Shown here: one piece after another, positions 1 to 311 of the stretch
Position numbering within the stretch: the first letter of the stretch is position 1
Layout of the letters: each line of letters begins with the position of its first letter
NCBI RefSeq assembly: GCF_003334355.1
Contig: NZ_QOWP01000116.1
Source: Escherichia coli
GTDB lineage: Bacteria; Pseudomonadota; Gammaproteobacteria; Enterobacterales; Enterobacteriaceae
Length of the DNA: 311 nucleotides
Strand: one strand, 5' to 3'
Translations under genes and position numbers: made by a program
The notes under the pieces: model-generated
The model's input: the letters and a program-made list of their open reading frames with translations, nothing else
What the model was told of the DNA's origin: nothing
Database searches by the model: none

Positions 1-165
1 GCGCGATTTAGCCCCGACGTATCCCCACTGTTCGTCCATTTCCGCGCAGACGATGACGTCACTGCCCGGCTGTATGCGCGAGGTTACCGACTGCGGCCTG
101 AGTTTTTTAAGTGACGTAAAATCGTGTTGAGGCCAATGCCCATAATGCGGGCGGTTGCCCGGCAT
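1..165 (-). CDS. insB: IS1 insB / insB' frame (catalytic part of the InsAB' transposase), first 55 codons; 3'-partial, continues beyond position 1
   Basis: Manual minus-strand translation in the -1 frame relative to insA gives [55 protein letters not shown]..., closely matching the InsB N-terminus as I recall it. The frame is open from an upstream in-frame TGA at 187..189, and the first ATG is at 163..165, which is the conventional annotated insB start. Established knowledge: the functional transposase is the InsAB' fusion made by frameshifting, not independent initiation at this ATG. Overlaps insA across 84..165. Confidence 0.85.
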   Translation of the reverse strand, partial: MPGNRPHYGHWPQHDFTSLKKLRPQSVTSRIQPGSDVIVCAEMDEQWGYVGAKSR

Positions 166-311
166 CCAACGCCATTCATGGCCATATCAATGATTTTCTG
201 GTGCGTACCGGGTTGAGAAGCGGTGTAAGTGAACTGCAGTTGCCATGTTTTACGGCAGTGAGAGCAGAGATAGCGCTGATGTCCGGCAGTGCTTTTGCCG
301 TTACGCACCAC
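84..311 (-). CDS. insA: IS1 InsA (transposition inhibitor / transcriptional repressor), C-terminal 75 codons plus TAA stop; 5'-partial, N-terminus lies beyond position 311
   Basis: The six-frame track ORF translates to ...[74 protein letters not shown], which matches IS1 InsA residues ~17-91 as I recall them. The second cysteine pair of the N-terminal zinc-finger-like motif (C-x2-C) is encoded at 255..266, and the C-terminal half carries the helix-turn-helix region. The track's initial M is an artefact: 309..311 is an internal GTG (Val) codon. Stop codon TAA is at 84..86 (plus-strand tta). Confidence 0.92.
   Translation of the reverse strand: MVRNGKSTAGHQRYLCSHCRKTWQLQFTYTASQPGTHQKIIDMAMNGVGCRATARIMGIGLNTILRHLKNSGRSR
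102..108 (-). other. Programmed -1 ribosomal frameshift slippery heptamer A-AAA-AAC (A6C) joining insA to insB'
   Basis: Plus-strand gtttttt at 102..108 is AAAAAAC on the minus strand, in the insA frame as TTA-AAA-AAC (108..110, 105..107, 102..104). Slipping back one base gives AAA-AAA-CTC and continues into the InsB-like frame (..LKKLRPQSV..). The insA TAA stop lies 16 nt downstream of the heptamer, at 84..86. Confidence 0.82.

Larger units (their letters stand above)
1..311 (-). mobile_element. IS1-family insertion sequence, internal fragment with no inverted repeat or target-site duplication in the window
   Basis: Seen in sequence: the minus strand encodes a 75-aa InsA-like stretch, then an A6C heptamer, then a -1 frame ORF that reads like InsB. 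Established knowledge: this insA / A6C / insB' layout is the defining organisation of IS1. By my recollection the window corresponds roughly to nucleotides 100-415 of the ~768-bp element; this is approximate and unverified. Confidence 0.9.

Noticed and set aside
54-61. Perfect 8-bp palindrome TGACGTCA (CRE-like, contains an AatII site GACGTC)
   Set aside because: It lies within the insB' coding frame (encoding ..SDVIV..), and a palindrome this short occurs readily by chance. No flanking features suggest a regulator binding site, and IS1 regulation is known to act at the terminal inverted repeats instead.
88-108. Plus-strand run of six T residues preceded by GC-rich sequence, superficially like a rho-independent terminator
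   Set aside because: The upstream sequence forms at best a 3-bp stem (ccg...cgg), too weak for an intrinsic terminator. The T-run is simply the complement of the minus-strand A6C frameshift heptamer.
163-165. ATG at the start of the InsB-like frame as an independent translation start for a stand-alone InsB protein
   Set aside because: Kept only as the conventional annotation boundary. I see no convincing Shine-Dalgarno sequence upstream on the minus strand, and established IS1 biology says this frame is expressed as the InsAB' fusion via frameshifting.
309-311. ORF track begins the 75-aa protein with M, suggesting a translation start at the window edge
   Set aside because: The codon is GTG, encoding an internal valine of InsA. 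The ORF is clipped by the window and the true start lies upstream on the minus strand beyond position 311. It is an artefact of ORF calling at a sequence boundary.
1-311. Prompted possibility of a previously undescribed biological system (novel defence island, toxin-antitoxin pair or similar)
   Set aside because: The two overlapping minus-strand frames match IS1 InsA and InsB essentially residue for residue, with the diagnostic A6C site between them. There is no unexplained ORF, repeat array or structured RNA candidate on either strand.

Overview
The whole 311-bp window is an internal fragment of an IS1-family insertion sequence, read on the minus strand; I see no novel or undescribed system here. 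The identification rests on my recollection of the IS1 InsA and InsB protein sequences, not on a database search. The window holds the C-terminal 75 codons of insA (84..311, including its TAA stop at 84..86), the A6C slippery heptamer for the programmed -1 frameshift (102..108), and the first 55 codons of the overlapping insB frame (1..165). Both ORFs run off the window edges, and neither terminal inverted repeat nor any flanking host DNA is present, so the element's intactness, isoform and insertion context cannot be judged. The plus strand has no ORF of note.
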